A stretch of DNA of 64,000 nt, from positions 124,001-188,000 of the forward strand of contig NIVC01001670.1 of assembly GCA_002269645.1 (NCBI GenBank). The letters run 5' to 3'. Source of the stretch: Macrostomum lignano. Lineage: Eukaryota. This document shows positions 52,928-63,142 of the stretch, in pieces. Both the position numbers and the translations under genes were made by a program. Below the pieces are notes generated by a model that was not told where the DNA came from, made no database searches, and was given only the letters and a program-made list of their open reading frames with translations. Position 1 is the stretch's first letter. Every line of letters begins with the position of its first letter.

Positions 52928-53470
52928 GGAATTGCTGAGATTCAGTGGCTCAAGGGGGAATTGCTGAGATTCAGTGGCTCAAAGGGGAATTGCTGAGATT
53001 CAGTGGCTCAAGGGGGAGTTGCTGAGATTCAGTGGCTCAAAGGGGGAATTGCTGAGATTCAGTGGCTCAAAGGGGGAATTGCTGAGATTCAGTGGCTCAA
53101 ATGGGGAGTTGCTGAGATTCAGTGGCTCAAGGGGGAGTTGCTGAGATTCAGTGGCTCAAGGGGGAATTGCTGAGATTCAATGGCTCAAGGGGGAATTGCT
53201 GAGATTCAGTGGCTCCAGGGGGAATTGCTGAGATTCAGTGGCTCAAAGGGGGAATTGCTGAGATTCAGTGGCTCAAGGGGGAGTTGCTGAGATTCAGTGG
53301 CTCAAGGGGGAATTGCTGAGATTCAGCGGCTCAAAGGAGGAATTGCTGAGATTCAGTGGCTCAAGGGGGAATTGCTGAGATTCAGTGGCTCAAGGGGGAA
53401 TTGCTGAGATTCAGTGGCTCAAAGGGGGAATTGCTGAGATTCAGTGGCTCAAAGGGGGAGTTGCTGAGTT
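52928..53470. repeat. 29-30-bp minisatellite (ggggaattgctgagattcagtggctcaa)n filling the PDHX intron
   Basis: Direct reading; about 540 of the 759 intron nt. Confidence 0.96.
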
Positions 53471-53558
53471 CAATGCCTTTTGGCCCGAGACTAACTGTAA
53501 TAAAAGCATCTGTCATGACTCATGCGATAAACAGCTCGGAGATCGCATGCCAACTCAC

Positions 53559-54582
53559 ACAGCCGCTAGCGGGCCGGAGTCGCTGCTGGCAACCACCGCC
53601 TCTGCCAGGCGCCTGTCAATCTCGCGCAGGCCCATCGCTTGGGCGCGCGGCAGCCGGACTAGTCTGGGCAGAGCCGGCGCCGCCAGCAGCAGGGCGCCAA
53701 TGTTCACCGGATCGCCCCCGGAGCCACCGCCGGACAGCGCGCTGGCCAGGGCGCGCACAGCCAGGGCGACAATCGAGGAGGGGGCGCCGGAGGCGGGCAG
53801 ACGCGGCCTGCAGGAGGCGGTGGCGTAGGCGTGCGGCGCGGCCGACTTGATGGCCGCCTGGAGGGCCGCCCAGTCGCGCAGGCCGGGCGCCACGGGATGG
53901 TCCAGGTAGCCCGGCTGGGTCCGCGGCTCCAGGGGCCGCATCGACGGCCGGCTGGCGGAGTCAGCGGCGGGGGCGCCGGGGACAGCGGCGGGGGCGGCGG
54001 GGACAGCGGCAGGGGTGGCGGGGACAGCGGCAACCCCTGCAGACGGGGCGGAAGCGGCAGCAGCTACGGCAGCAGGCGGAGCGGATTTGACCTGGGCGAG
54101 AACGTCTGACTTCAGCAGGGTGCCGTGCGGCCCGGTGGCGCGCAGGTCGGCAGGGGTCAGGCGATGCAGCCGAATGAGCAGCTGGGCGGCCGGGCCGATG
54201 CGGCGAGGCGGCGAGGCTGTTGACGATGGTGGCGGCGTCGACGATGTTGAAGGCGAAGTTGAAGGCGGGGCAGCGGCAGAGGGCGGCTTATCGGCTGCAG
54301 TGGCCAGCTTGGCGGCCTCTGAAGCCACGGCTTGCCAGTCCTCGCCGGGGTCGGCCATAATGGCGATGACGTCGCCAACTGAGCCGGCGGAGCCGTCGGC
54401 GCGGAGCACCCGGGCCAGGACGCCTTCGTCGTCAAATTCGAAGGACACGACCGCCTTGTCGGTTTGAATGTCGCACAGAATGTCGCCGGGCTGCACCGTA
54501 TCGCCCTCGGCTTTGTGCCACTTCACAATGGTGCCCTCGGACATTGTGGGAGACAGGGAGGGCATGCGCACGCTGGTGGAGT
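53559..54582 (-). CDS. PDHX: Pyruvate dehydrogenase complex E3-binding protein (protein X): lipoyl domain, subunit-binding domain, start of core
   Basis: MPSLSPTMSEGTIVKW...IQTDKA (lipoyl Lys); GPAA..L...ATGPHGTLLKSDVL; PHAYATASC matches PDHX PHAYATADC. Acceptor gcacag (phase 1), donor gt|GTGAGT at 53558 (phase 2). Confidence 0.9.
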
Positions 54583-55659
54583 CTGTGCAGTTGGGGGGGG
54601 GGGCGGAGTAGCGGATTGTTAGAATTTGTGAGGGCGAGGCTGTTACAGAGTTCGAGTCTGATTTCTATTTGGTTGCATCATATCCTACTGGCACCTTTTT
54701 GGACCAAGTGGCTTTGCAGTATGCTTATGCTAGTTGTGTTCAATTCCATTGCAGAGGCCATGGCAAGGCAAAGTTACCCCACTACTTTCTGCATCGCAAG
54801 AAAAACATCTTCTAACACATATAGCATACAACACAATGTAGCATATTGAGACATCTGGCACTAGCATCAAGCTAGTAGGTACACTACTTATTCTTTCTAT
54901 TAACTTAAAAAAAGCATTTATAGATCTAGGAAATATGTTTTATAAAATTTTAAAATAAAGAGGACATTTAAACTACACTAAACACTAGAGATCATATAGG
55001 ATCATTTTGAGGATTAGGAATTTATCTTTACCGCTACTAAGACCTAATAGATTTATTAAAGACTTAGTGAAGGTTACATTTTTTGTTTCTTTATTAAAAA
55101 CCAACAAAAATGTCTTAAAAAAAATATTAGCCAAAATAAATCATAAATAATATAACCAAGGCAAGAAATTTCCTTATTTTGCTTTAGAACTAATATTTTA
55201 TCTAAATAAAAGCCAATCCCTTCTTTACTTTTTCAATATTGGACTAAAATTTACCAATTTATAAGTTTCTAAGTAGAGCTAAGTGAGCAACATAGATTAA
55301 AATTTTTTTTTTAAATTGCAAAAATGTAACATTTTCCTAGTATAGACTTTAGTAATTGTTCTTAATTTATTGTAACTGTATTGTATATACTTTTAAATAA
55401 TAAACTACAAACTAAGATTAGATATGGCTACTAAAGTTAAAATTGGATTGCTTATCAAAAAGCATAGACATCAAAATGTCAAATTTCTAATAGATGTCTA
55501 CACAATCCTAATAAATATTGAACTTGTTTTAATATTGAGAAAATAGCTTAGCATTTTAATGATTCAAATTAAGCTATTTTTACTAAATCTTAAGTATGAG
55601 GGTCAGTCAAAAAGTAATGATAATTTTGTTCTCACGAGTGTCAAACTTTAAATGGAAAT

Positions 55660-56878
55660 CTACTTTTCAACATAGTCCCCCTCAAGGGTCAGGCACTTCT
55701 CCATGCAGTATTGCCATCTCTCCGGGCTGTTTGCGTAGAACTCAGGAGGCTGTGCAGCAAGCCACTGTACAGTAGCCTTTTTGGCAGCCTCTTTGTCCTC
55801 ATCTTGGACTCCTTTGATTGCTTCCTTCAGCTTGGGAAGCAAAAAAAGTCCAAAAGAGCCAAACCAGGGCTATATGGAGGATGCTGGAGGATTTCCCAGC
55901 AGAAATCTTGCAGGGCTTCATGGCAGAACCAAGAAGTGTGAGCTGGTGCATTGTCATGGTGAAAGAGAATCCCAAGGTGCAACTTGCCATGTTGCTTTTT
56001 GGCCAGTTTGGTGTGGAGCTTTTACAGAAGCGACTCATAATAGGTGGCATTGATGATCTTCTGGCTTTCCAAGAAGTCCACCATCACCACTCATTCAACA
56101 TCCCAGAGAATTGTTGCCAAGACTCATAATAGGTGGCATTGATGATCTTCTGGCTTTCTAAGAAGTCCACCATCACCACTCATTCAACATCCCAGAGAAT
56201 TGTTGCCAAGACTCATAATAGGTGGCATTGATGATCTTCTGGCTTTCCAAGAAGTCCACCATCACCACTCATTCAACATCCCAGAGAATTGTTGCCAAGA
56301 CCATTCCGCATGGAACTTCTTGGGGCCTGCTGAATCTTGTGGCAGCCACTCCTTGGAATGGACCTTGGACTCGGGATTGTACTGAAATATTCATGTTTCA
56401 TCCTTGGTCACTAAGCGCTGGTAACTGTTTTCTGAATCAGCGTCCAAGCGGTTCAGCAGGTTGATGGTGCACTCAGTGCACTGAACCCAGTGTTCAGGCC
56501 GCAACAGCCGCAGGACCCAGCAAGCACTCAGCTTGCTCAGACCAAGATAGTCGATCACAATGGAGTGAGCACTGCCATGGGAAATGCCCACTTTGTCAGC
56601 AATATTGTCTATGGTCACGCGCCGATCCAGCTCAATCACTGGCTACATAGCTACCACATTTTTTCCCCTGTGCGCAATTTTGTGGGCCTTCCTGACTGCT
56701 AGGCATCTTCTGTGGACTCTCAGCCTTCCTTAAAAGCCTGAATCCAGCAGTAAATGGTTGGATCTAGTGGAGCAATGTCCCTATAGACCTTCAAAGCGTC
56801 AATGATTTTGGCTGGCTTCCAACCAAGCTATACAAGAAATGTCACATCATTACAAGCTTTGATTTTTGAATTTTCCAT
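55660..56878 (-). pseudogene. Mariner transposase pseudogene
   Basis: Stops and frameshifts split it across ORFs 56391-56639, 55799-56050 and 55660-55842; the third catalytic Asp reads Gly; 89-bp segment triplicated at 56032-56298. Confidence 0.92.
56032..56298. repeat. 3 x 89-bp tandem triplication inside the mariner transposase
   Basis: Copies start at 56032, 56121 and 56210. Confidence 0.95.
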
Positions 56879-56941
56879 TGTTTAAAGGGTATACTATGGT
56901 TAGAGTGTCACCATGCAGGCATCAATCACTTTAGAACAGGG

Positions 56942-58329
56942 CCATAGTCAGGAAGGTGGCAAGTGCATGCGGGAATCAATTTATGGAAAAATCCTTGGTG
57001 CACACCAATGTACGCCAATTTTTTAAAACCCTTAACATGATGTTTCTGTTGCACGCCAAAAATCTTGAATACCAAAAATCATGTACGCCTCATGTACGTG
57101 TGATTTGAATATTAACCGTATCAAGGACGACTTAAGTAGAAGGACGGGAAACCTCGTTTCTTAGAAAAGTTTTGAAGGCACTTTTTCCCGAAAAAATACA
57201 CTACGGAGATAGGAAGTTTTCATTTTTTCAGCACAAAAATTGTTATTGCGTTTGATAGGAGGCAGATCCAGTGTTTATCTTTTAATATGTTGTGCCTTTT
57301 TATTGCTCTATCAATATTTATAAAGCTTTTCGTTCAAAAAATTAGGATTCTATGTTAATTTTTTATTCTACATATATTTCCTGTATCTAAAAATCACAAA
57401 AATGCATAACACAGCTCCAATATTTGGTTTTATGAACCTATTTTATCATCTCTGTTACAAATATTTGCTACACAGTCGGGTAAGAATGATAAAAAAGACT
57501 CATGAAGCTAAAGAGCCGAGCTGTGGCGTTCTAATGTATTTCAAGCACAAGACACGCGAAAATATACATAGAATAAAAAATTACCATAGAATCCTAATTT
57601 TCTGAACAAAAAGCTTTATAAATATCGATAGAGCAATAAAAAAGGCAAAACATATCAAAAGATGAACACTGGATCTGCCTCCTATCAAACGCAATAACAA
57701 TTTTTGTGCTGAAAAAATGAAAACTTCCTATCTCCGTAGTGTATTTTTCGGGAAAAAGTGCCTTCAAAACTTTTCTAAGAAACGAGGTTTCCCGTCCTTC
57801 TACTTAAGTCGTCCTTGAACCGTATTAGATACTATTTTTAAATAAATTTTCTACTTACGTTAAACAAAGTTTATATAAAAAAGGAAATTCGCTACAAAGA
57901 ACATAGTGAGTATCAAAAACTTTTTCTTCACATTTCAAGAAACAAATAAACTAAAAGTCTACAAGAGTCACAAAATAAGAGCATTTAAAAGTTATTGGAT
58001 ATTTTAATTTTAATGTAGGCTGTAGAGTGTAGGCCTGGCTGTAGGCTAGGCTGTAGCCTCAACTAGTTGGTTTAATCAATATTCAAATTCAATTGTTCAC
58101 GTTTAACTTTATATATTGTATATAGTGTATACATCTATATCTGACTTGTTGATATACTGTCAGTTTGTAATTGCACGCCAAGGTTACATGTCAAGTAAAA
58201 AACTTGTACGCTGAAAATTTAGGCGTGGCTTGAGACCCCTATTTGCACGCCAATTTTGCACGCCAAAATTTTAGCGTGGCTTGTGCATGCGGGAAAATTC
58301 TCACGTGCAGGCTACCTTCCTGAGTATGG
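56942..58329. mobile_element. Non-autonomous TIR element with CC..GG ends, inserted into the hAT left TIR
   Basis: TIRs ccatagtcaggaaggtggc / ccatactcaggaaggtagc (17/19 identical); 8-bp TSD GAACAGGG (56934-56941 and 58330-58337); repeated subterminal TGCACGCCAA-like motifs at both ends. Confidence 0.85.
57122..57817. mobile_element. Foldback/MITE with about 258-bp TIRs (CAAGG ends), innermost nested element
   Basis: Arms about 57122-57379 and 57559-57817 are near-perfect reverse complements; 8-bp TSD AACCGTAT (57114-57121 and 57818-57825). Confidence 0.92.
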
Positions 58330-58639
58330 GAACAGGGTCGGCAAACTTTTTATCTGTGCAGGCCGGATTGAATTCTGGGACAGTACCACGGGCCAGAGAA
58401 AGAACTAATTTCTTGTTTTCTTTATCCACATTCAAAGTTCAGTGAAAATTGATTGAAAATGATGTTTTATTAAGTATCTATATTGTTTATTTATTAAATG
58501 ATAGCAAGAACAAGCACACAAAAATGAAAATTATGCACTAGTCTAATGACATACATTGAATGCAGTACAACTTACTTAATGCATCATCGAAAAAGTTCAT
58601 TTTCCACATAATTTGACTGAAAATTAGGACTACATGTAA

Positions 58640-58850
58640 GTCAATGAGATTGATGGTGCTAGTGCTTGCGGATGAGGGACTCCAAGTTGGGAGCCAGAGA
58701 AGTGGAAGCCAGCAATAGCACGGTGTTAAGATTGTCATCAGTCAGCTAAGTGCGCAGGCGGCTCTTGTCTTGGCATACTTCATTTTGCTAAACAGCTGCT
58801 CGCAAATATATGTGCTACCAAAGATAGCAACTACACTGCAAACATGAGCA
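58640..58850 (-). pseudogene. hAT transposase C-terminal dimerisation-domain remnant
   Basis: FGSTYICEQLFSKMKYAK, then after a frameshift KSRLRT*LTDDNL..LLASTSLAPNLESLI..HQSH, a Charlie/SPIN/GTF2IRD2-type C-terminus. Confidence 0.85.
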
Positions 58851-59230
58851 GAGAGGACTAGAAAAAGCTCTCTGTCCAAATGTGCACACAAACCCTTCCT
58901 CTCCCCTATCCTTCTGTGGAAGAGTACAGTAGGGCCTTCTCTCTCCCACAGCCCTTTTACCCTCCCTTCATTCTTCTGCCCTTGGTTGGGCCTTGCTTGG
59001 GTAGTGAGTATGGAGTTTGTGAAATCTGTTTGTGGGCCATATTAACATTAAGGAATAGCAAAGGGAAATGGGCCAGATAAGGAATCCTTGCAGGCCAGAT
59101 TTGGCCCGCGGGAGTTTGCCGACCCCTGCTTTAGAAGAACCAAAACTCTGTCAAAAAAGATCAAAAGATGTTTTTTTCAAATGAAACCAGTTGCAGTTCA
59201 ATAACTCTAATTTTTTAGGTTAGGCGGTAC

Positions 59231-59453
59231 CAGGTTTTTCTTTTTCGCCAGAGACAAGGTGCAAAATTGCACCCTATGCTCACTTTCATGGTGCAATTTC
59301 TCTTTTTTCTTATTTTAAGGCAGTGCGAATGAGGCTTAAATAGAAAAATAGGTTATGAGACTGCACCTAAACCGTACCAACATTTCAATTTCAAGGTGCA
59401 ATTTTAAAATTTAAGGTGCATACGCACACTTTACGCACAAAAAATAAACCCAG
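59231..59453. mobile_element. Small hAT-like MITE abutting the inner edge of the mariner TIR
   Basis: 8-bp TSD GGCGGTAC (59223-59230 and 59454-59461); imperfect ends CAGGTTTT / CTGGGTTT; internal inverted AAGGTGCA motifs. Confidence 0.65.
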
Positions 59454-61261
59454 GGCGGTACAACAAAATTATCATTACTTTTTGACTGACCCTCATATTG
59501 TAGAATTTTAATTTAAATATACTTAAAATATTTCCAAGAGAAAACTTGCAAAAACATGACTCTTACTTAGTCTTAAGTCTTATTATCAATGGACAATGAG
59601 TAGATATGAGACAACCAACCGACAGCTATAGGAGTCAACATATTTCTATTAATAATACCATTGAAGTAAAAAACGAACTGTTAAAATGTTTACAAACTTA
59701 TTTTAACTTACAACGATATTGAGGAGTCTTATTGTATTCAGTATAAGTGAGACCAATTTGTTTGAGAAGTTGCTTTTGATGGAGATGGCAATGCCATTGG
59801 ATTGGTATTTGGTTTGATTTATGAAGCCGACAACACAAACTCTTGAATATAGGGCTCGCTTTTCCTCGAATAGTTATAAACGATATCATTTTATTAGTAG
59901 CTATTACTTTCACCAAACTAGTGTTTGCACTAATACGATAGTTAGCTTAACTTAAAGTATTTATATTTTCTTGATTCAGTTCCTCGAAAATTCCGAGTTA
60001 AGATGTTGCAGTTAAAAAGGAATAAACAAAGGGTTTGCTTGTAAGAGATAAAAATACGATTACACTCGGTTTTAGAAAAAATTAACTGACTAATCTTTAA
60101 AATCAGGAAAAACTTGCGAATAAATATAACGTTTTAATTTCAAGATAAAATTCTAGCAAGTTCCTGAGTTAAGATGAAGGAATTAAATTTTTCGGCTTGG
60201 AATCATTTAAACCTTAATTCGACAATTGCGGTAGACAGTTTCATTTTTTTCAAAACATTTCGAAAAGTATATTTAAGGCTTTAAGGCCCAATAAGCAAAA
60301 AAGAGTCATCATATCGCACGATTGATATATAATGCAATGAAAAATATATGTACTAGCCGTGTAATCAAGAAAATGTTGCCATACGTACTGGAGTGGCGGC
60401 CGGGTATGAACGTTGCTTAACATTTCTTGATGCAGATTACATTGTATAGTTTACAGGTTCATTTAGTCCTATCTAGCACATATTTTTACATGTTTTCCGG
60501 GCGTGTCTTTTAAGCTTTCGTGTGATGTACGGTACCGTATATTGTTGCATTGGTCTGGCCCAGTGGCTCCATGTTCAATTCTCTCATTATCTTGACTTTC
60601 ATAAAGTGAATCTGATGTTTACAATAACGTAATAATAATAATGCCTTACTCAATTGAAGGTACAAATACTTATCTAGATACATATCGTAGCGCTATGCTG
60701 CTATGCTGTCTCTCTCCTTATCCTCGCTCTTGTTGGGCCGGTGGATCAAGCCGGGTTTGGGGGGCTATGGCCTTGGCCTACGCTCCCCGCCCGTTATAAA
60801 AGCTACATGTAGGACCAATCTTAACTTATAAGAGATAAAAAACCGTGCAAGAGTGCACATGCAGAGCATGCAAGCAATTAAATGCTAATTGACAGGACTT
60901 CAAACCTGCCAAAAAGTTTTCTGCTTTTATTCAAATAATTTTGAAACTGCTGTCAATGAAGACTGTTTGTTAAAGATAATGGAAGCACCGGAAGTAGAAA
61001 AGCCGCGTTAATATTGCATGCAGTAGAGCTGACAGATTCATTTTTAATGGTAAATCAAATAAAAAAAGCATTTTCCCACTACGACATGAATAGAACAATC
61101 TAATGGTTTCGATTGTAATTTACATGCAACACAGCGACCAATCAAACGGGAAAAGTTAGTTATGAATGCATCTATATTGCATTGTAAACTGGTAAAATAC
61201 CGAGCCCACTTGGGAAGAGCCAATGTGGGAGAGCTTATGTAGGAAAGACCTGTCATCAATT

Positions 61262-61915
61262 TTAGCGACTGGCCTCTCCGTTGCTACTCGACACTGGCCG
61301 AGGGGTTGCCAGGTGCCGCGCCACGGCCTCCTCGCCGAGGGCGGCCAGCTGGCCGGGCGAGCAGCAGTCGTCCAGCCAGTCCAGGACGCCGTCCAGCAGG
61401 CTGCCGCAGTCGGCGGTGGCGCCCAGCCGGCTAGCAAAGGAGCCGGCCAGATGGTCCGCGACGTGCCGGAAGACGGCCAGCTTGGCAGCGTCCGCGCTCG
61501 CTCCGGCGGCTGACTGGCCGCCGTCTCGGCTGACCCGGCGCTGATAAACTCGATTGATGAGGCGCGCAGCTTCCGTCTGTTTGCGCAGGGCGGCCAGCTG
61601 TCTATCGAGCTGATCGCGCTGGCGCATCAGCGCCTCAAAGTGGCTGATGGCCGCCTGAAGGGTGGCCGCCCGGCTCGCCCGCCCAGCCGGAGACAAAGGC
61701 GCCTCTCCAGAGCCGAAGGCCGGCTCCTCGGCGCTGCTGCCGCCAGTCAGGGCGGCCAATTCGGCGTAGGCGGCCTTGATGGAGTTGCGACGGCGCTGCT
61801 CCGACTGCGAGTGGGCGCGACGCTTCTGCAGGTCGTCGGGGCTGCCGCCACCGCCCCCGCCGCCGCCGCCGCAGCCGTGTGTCTCCGGCTGCTGCTGCGA
61901 CTGCGACTTGCGACT
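61262..61915 (-). CDS. MLX: Max-like protein X (MLX/Bigmax): bHLH-ZIP plus DCD domain; 5' exon not located
   Basis: RRAHSQSEQRRRNSIKAAY basic region (H/E/R intact), SRAATLQAAISHF, a zipper, and KLAVFRHVADHL..SF...WLDDCC DCD resembling MLX KFNVFQGIMDSLFQSF..WIEEHC. Acceptor cacttcag, phase 0. Confidence 0.9.
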   Translation of the reverse strand, partial: SRKSQSQQQPETHGCGGGGGGGGGSPDDLQKRRAHSQSEQRRRNSIKAAYAELAALTGGSSAEEPAFGSGEAPLSPAGRASRAATLQAAISHFEALMRQRDQLDRQLAALRKQTEAARLINRVYQRRVSRDGGQSAAGASADAAKLAVFRHVADHLAGSFASRLGATADCGSLLDGVLDWLDDCCSPGQLAALGEEAVARHLATPRPVSSSNGEASR

Positions 61916-63142
61916 CTGAAGTGCAAGAAGGGAAGTCAGCTCGGAGGGACTCTCAAGTGGTATAAAGTACATCCAAATCCAACTGGTACTAACATGATCT
62001 GTTTCTGTCCCTGTAGACCAAAATGCTATATTTCGACCATTAAAATTTTTCCCGCCGTGCAAGCTTTTAGCGCTACAATTCTATACTTTCTACTTATCAG
62101 TAGATGATCTCTACAACTCCCTAAATTTATTTTCTACCCTAAACCTAAATTATTGTGCAATCTAATATAGAAACAGAAAAAAACCTTAAGTGGGCAGGTG
62201 TGCAGCCAACGGCACAGCCGCTGTGATTGTGTACTGTTAGGGGGAGGCGCTACCCTATCACAGAGAGACAAACTAGTTCAACAGCGCACTAACCGCAGCC
62301 AACAGCATAGAAAATAAATAAAATTCACAGTCTAGGATGCCCTCTTCGACAACTGCATAAAAATGATGAAATACATTTGCTTATTATATTTCCGAATGAT
62401 TGGAACGCAGCTAAAGCAATATAAAGCATCAGTGAAAAAAAGAAGCTTTCTTGAATAGATGGCCGAACATAGCCATTTATATTACTAATGTAAGTAGTGT
62501 GACTCAATTATTTCTTAGATAAATATGTCCGCAGAAGTGCAATTGAGCGCTCACAGCAGGTGCTCAAACTGGTGCTCAAATTAGCACTCAGAATCGATGG
62601 GAAAAATTGCCTAGAAAAGCAGCTAAGGCAACGCCAGACACTGTGAAGCATTTAAAACTAGTAATCCAAGAGCCAGAGTTTTTAGCACAATGGACCCGCA
62701 TCTGACTACTGTAACTAGTAGGAGTGAAGAGCAGAGATTAAAACCAACAAAAGACTGCAGTGAAAGTCTGCTATTAAAAAAGTAAGAATAAAACATATTG
62801 TAAGAAAATAGGAGTTAAACTCAAGAGTAAGATTCTCATTGGATTCTTTGAGACAGAGCAGAGCAGAGCAAAATAATAATATAATTAGTTCCAAGAATGA
62901 ATAGCAAACACATTGCACTATTGACAATGCCTAACTCTCTACTGAAACTGTCTTTTAAGCAGTATATAAGTAATATAGAGCAGTTTGAACCAGTATACAG
63001 AAATCTATGGAATACTCACTCCAAGCTCTACCTCCAGTCTGTTCCAACCAAAATTGTACTAGTGAATGAAGACGCTGTCGTCTTCAAAGGTGGGACGATG
63101 GTTTATATATTGTGTTTTTATCCTTTTATGGCTATGACATAT

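Larger units (their letters stand above)
56937..59128. mobile_element. Charlie-type hAT element (internally deleted) inserted in the mariner 5' UTR
   Basis: 8-bp TSD CTTTAGAA (56929-56936 and 59129-59136). TIR cagg(g)gtcggcaaact, with the left copy split by a later insertion. Confidence 0.9.
55597..59495 (-). mobile_element. Mariner (DD34D) transposon, decayed, hosting nested insertions
   Basis: Perfect 34-bp TIRs tgagggtcagtcaaaaagtaatgataattttgtt (55597-55630 and 59462-59495) with TA on both flanks. Transposase remnants from ATG 56878: WVLRLL (WVPRLL), TKDET (TGDET), HHDNAPAH, HPPYSPGLA (YSPDLAP), EGDYVEK. Confidence 0.95.

Noticed and set aside
53555-54571. Bacterial or horizontally transferred origin for the GC-rich PDH E2-like ORF
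   Set aside because: It has canonical spliceosomal introns and eukaryotic PDHX-specific motifs (MPSLSPTM, PHAYATA.C, DSR).
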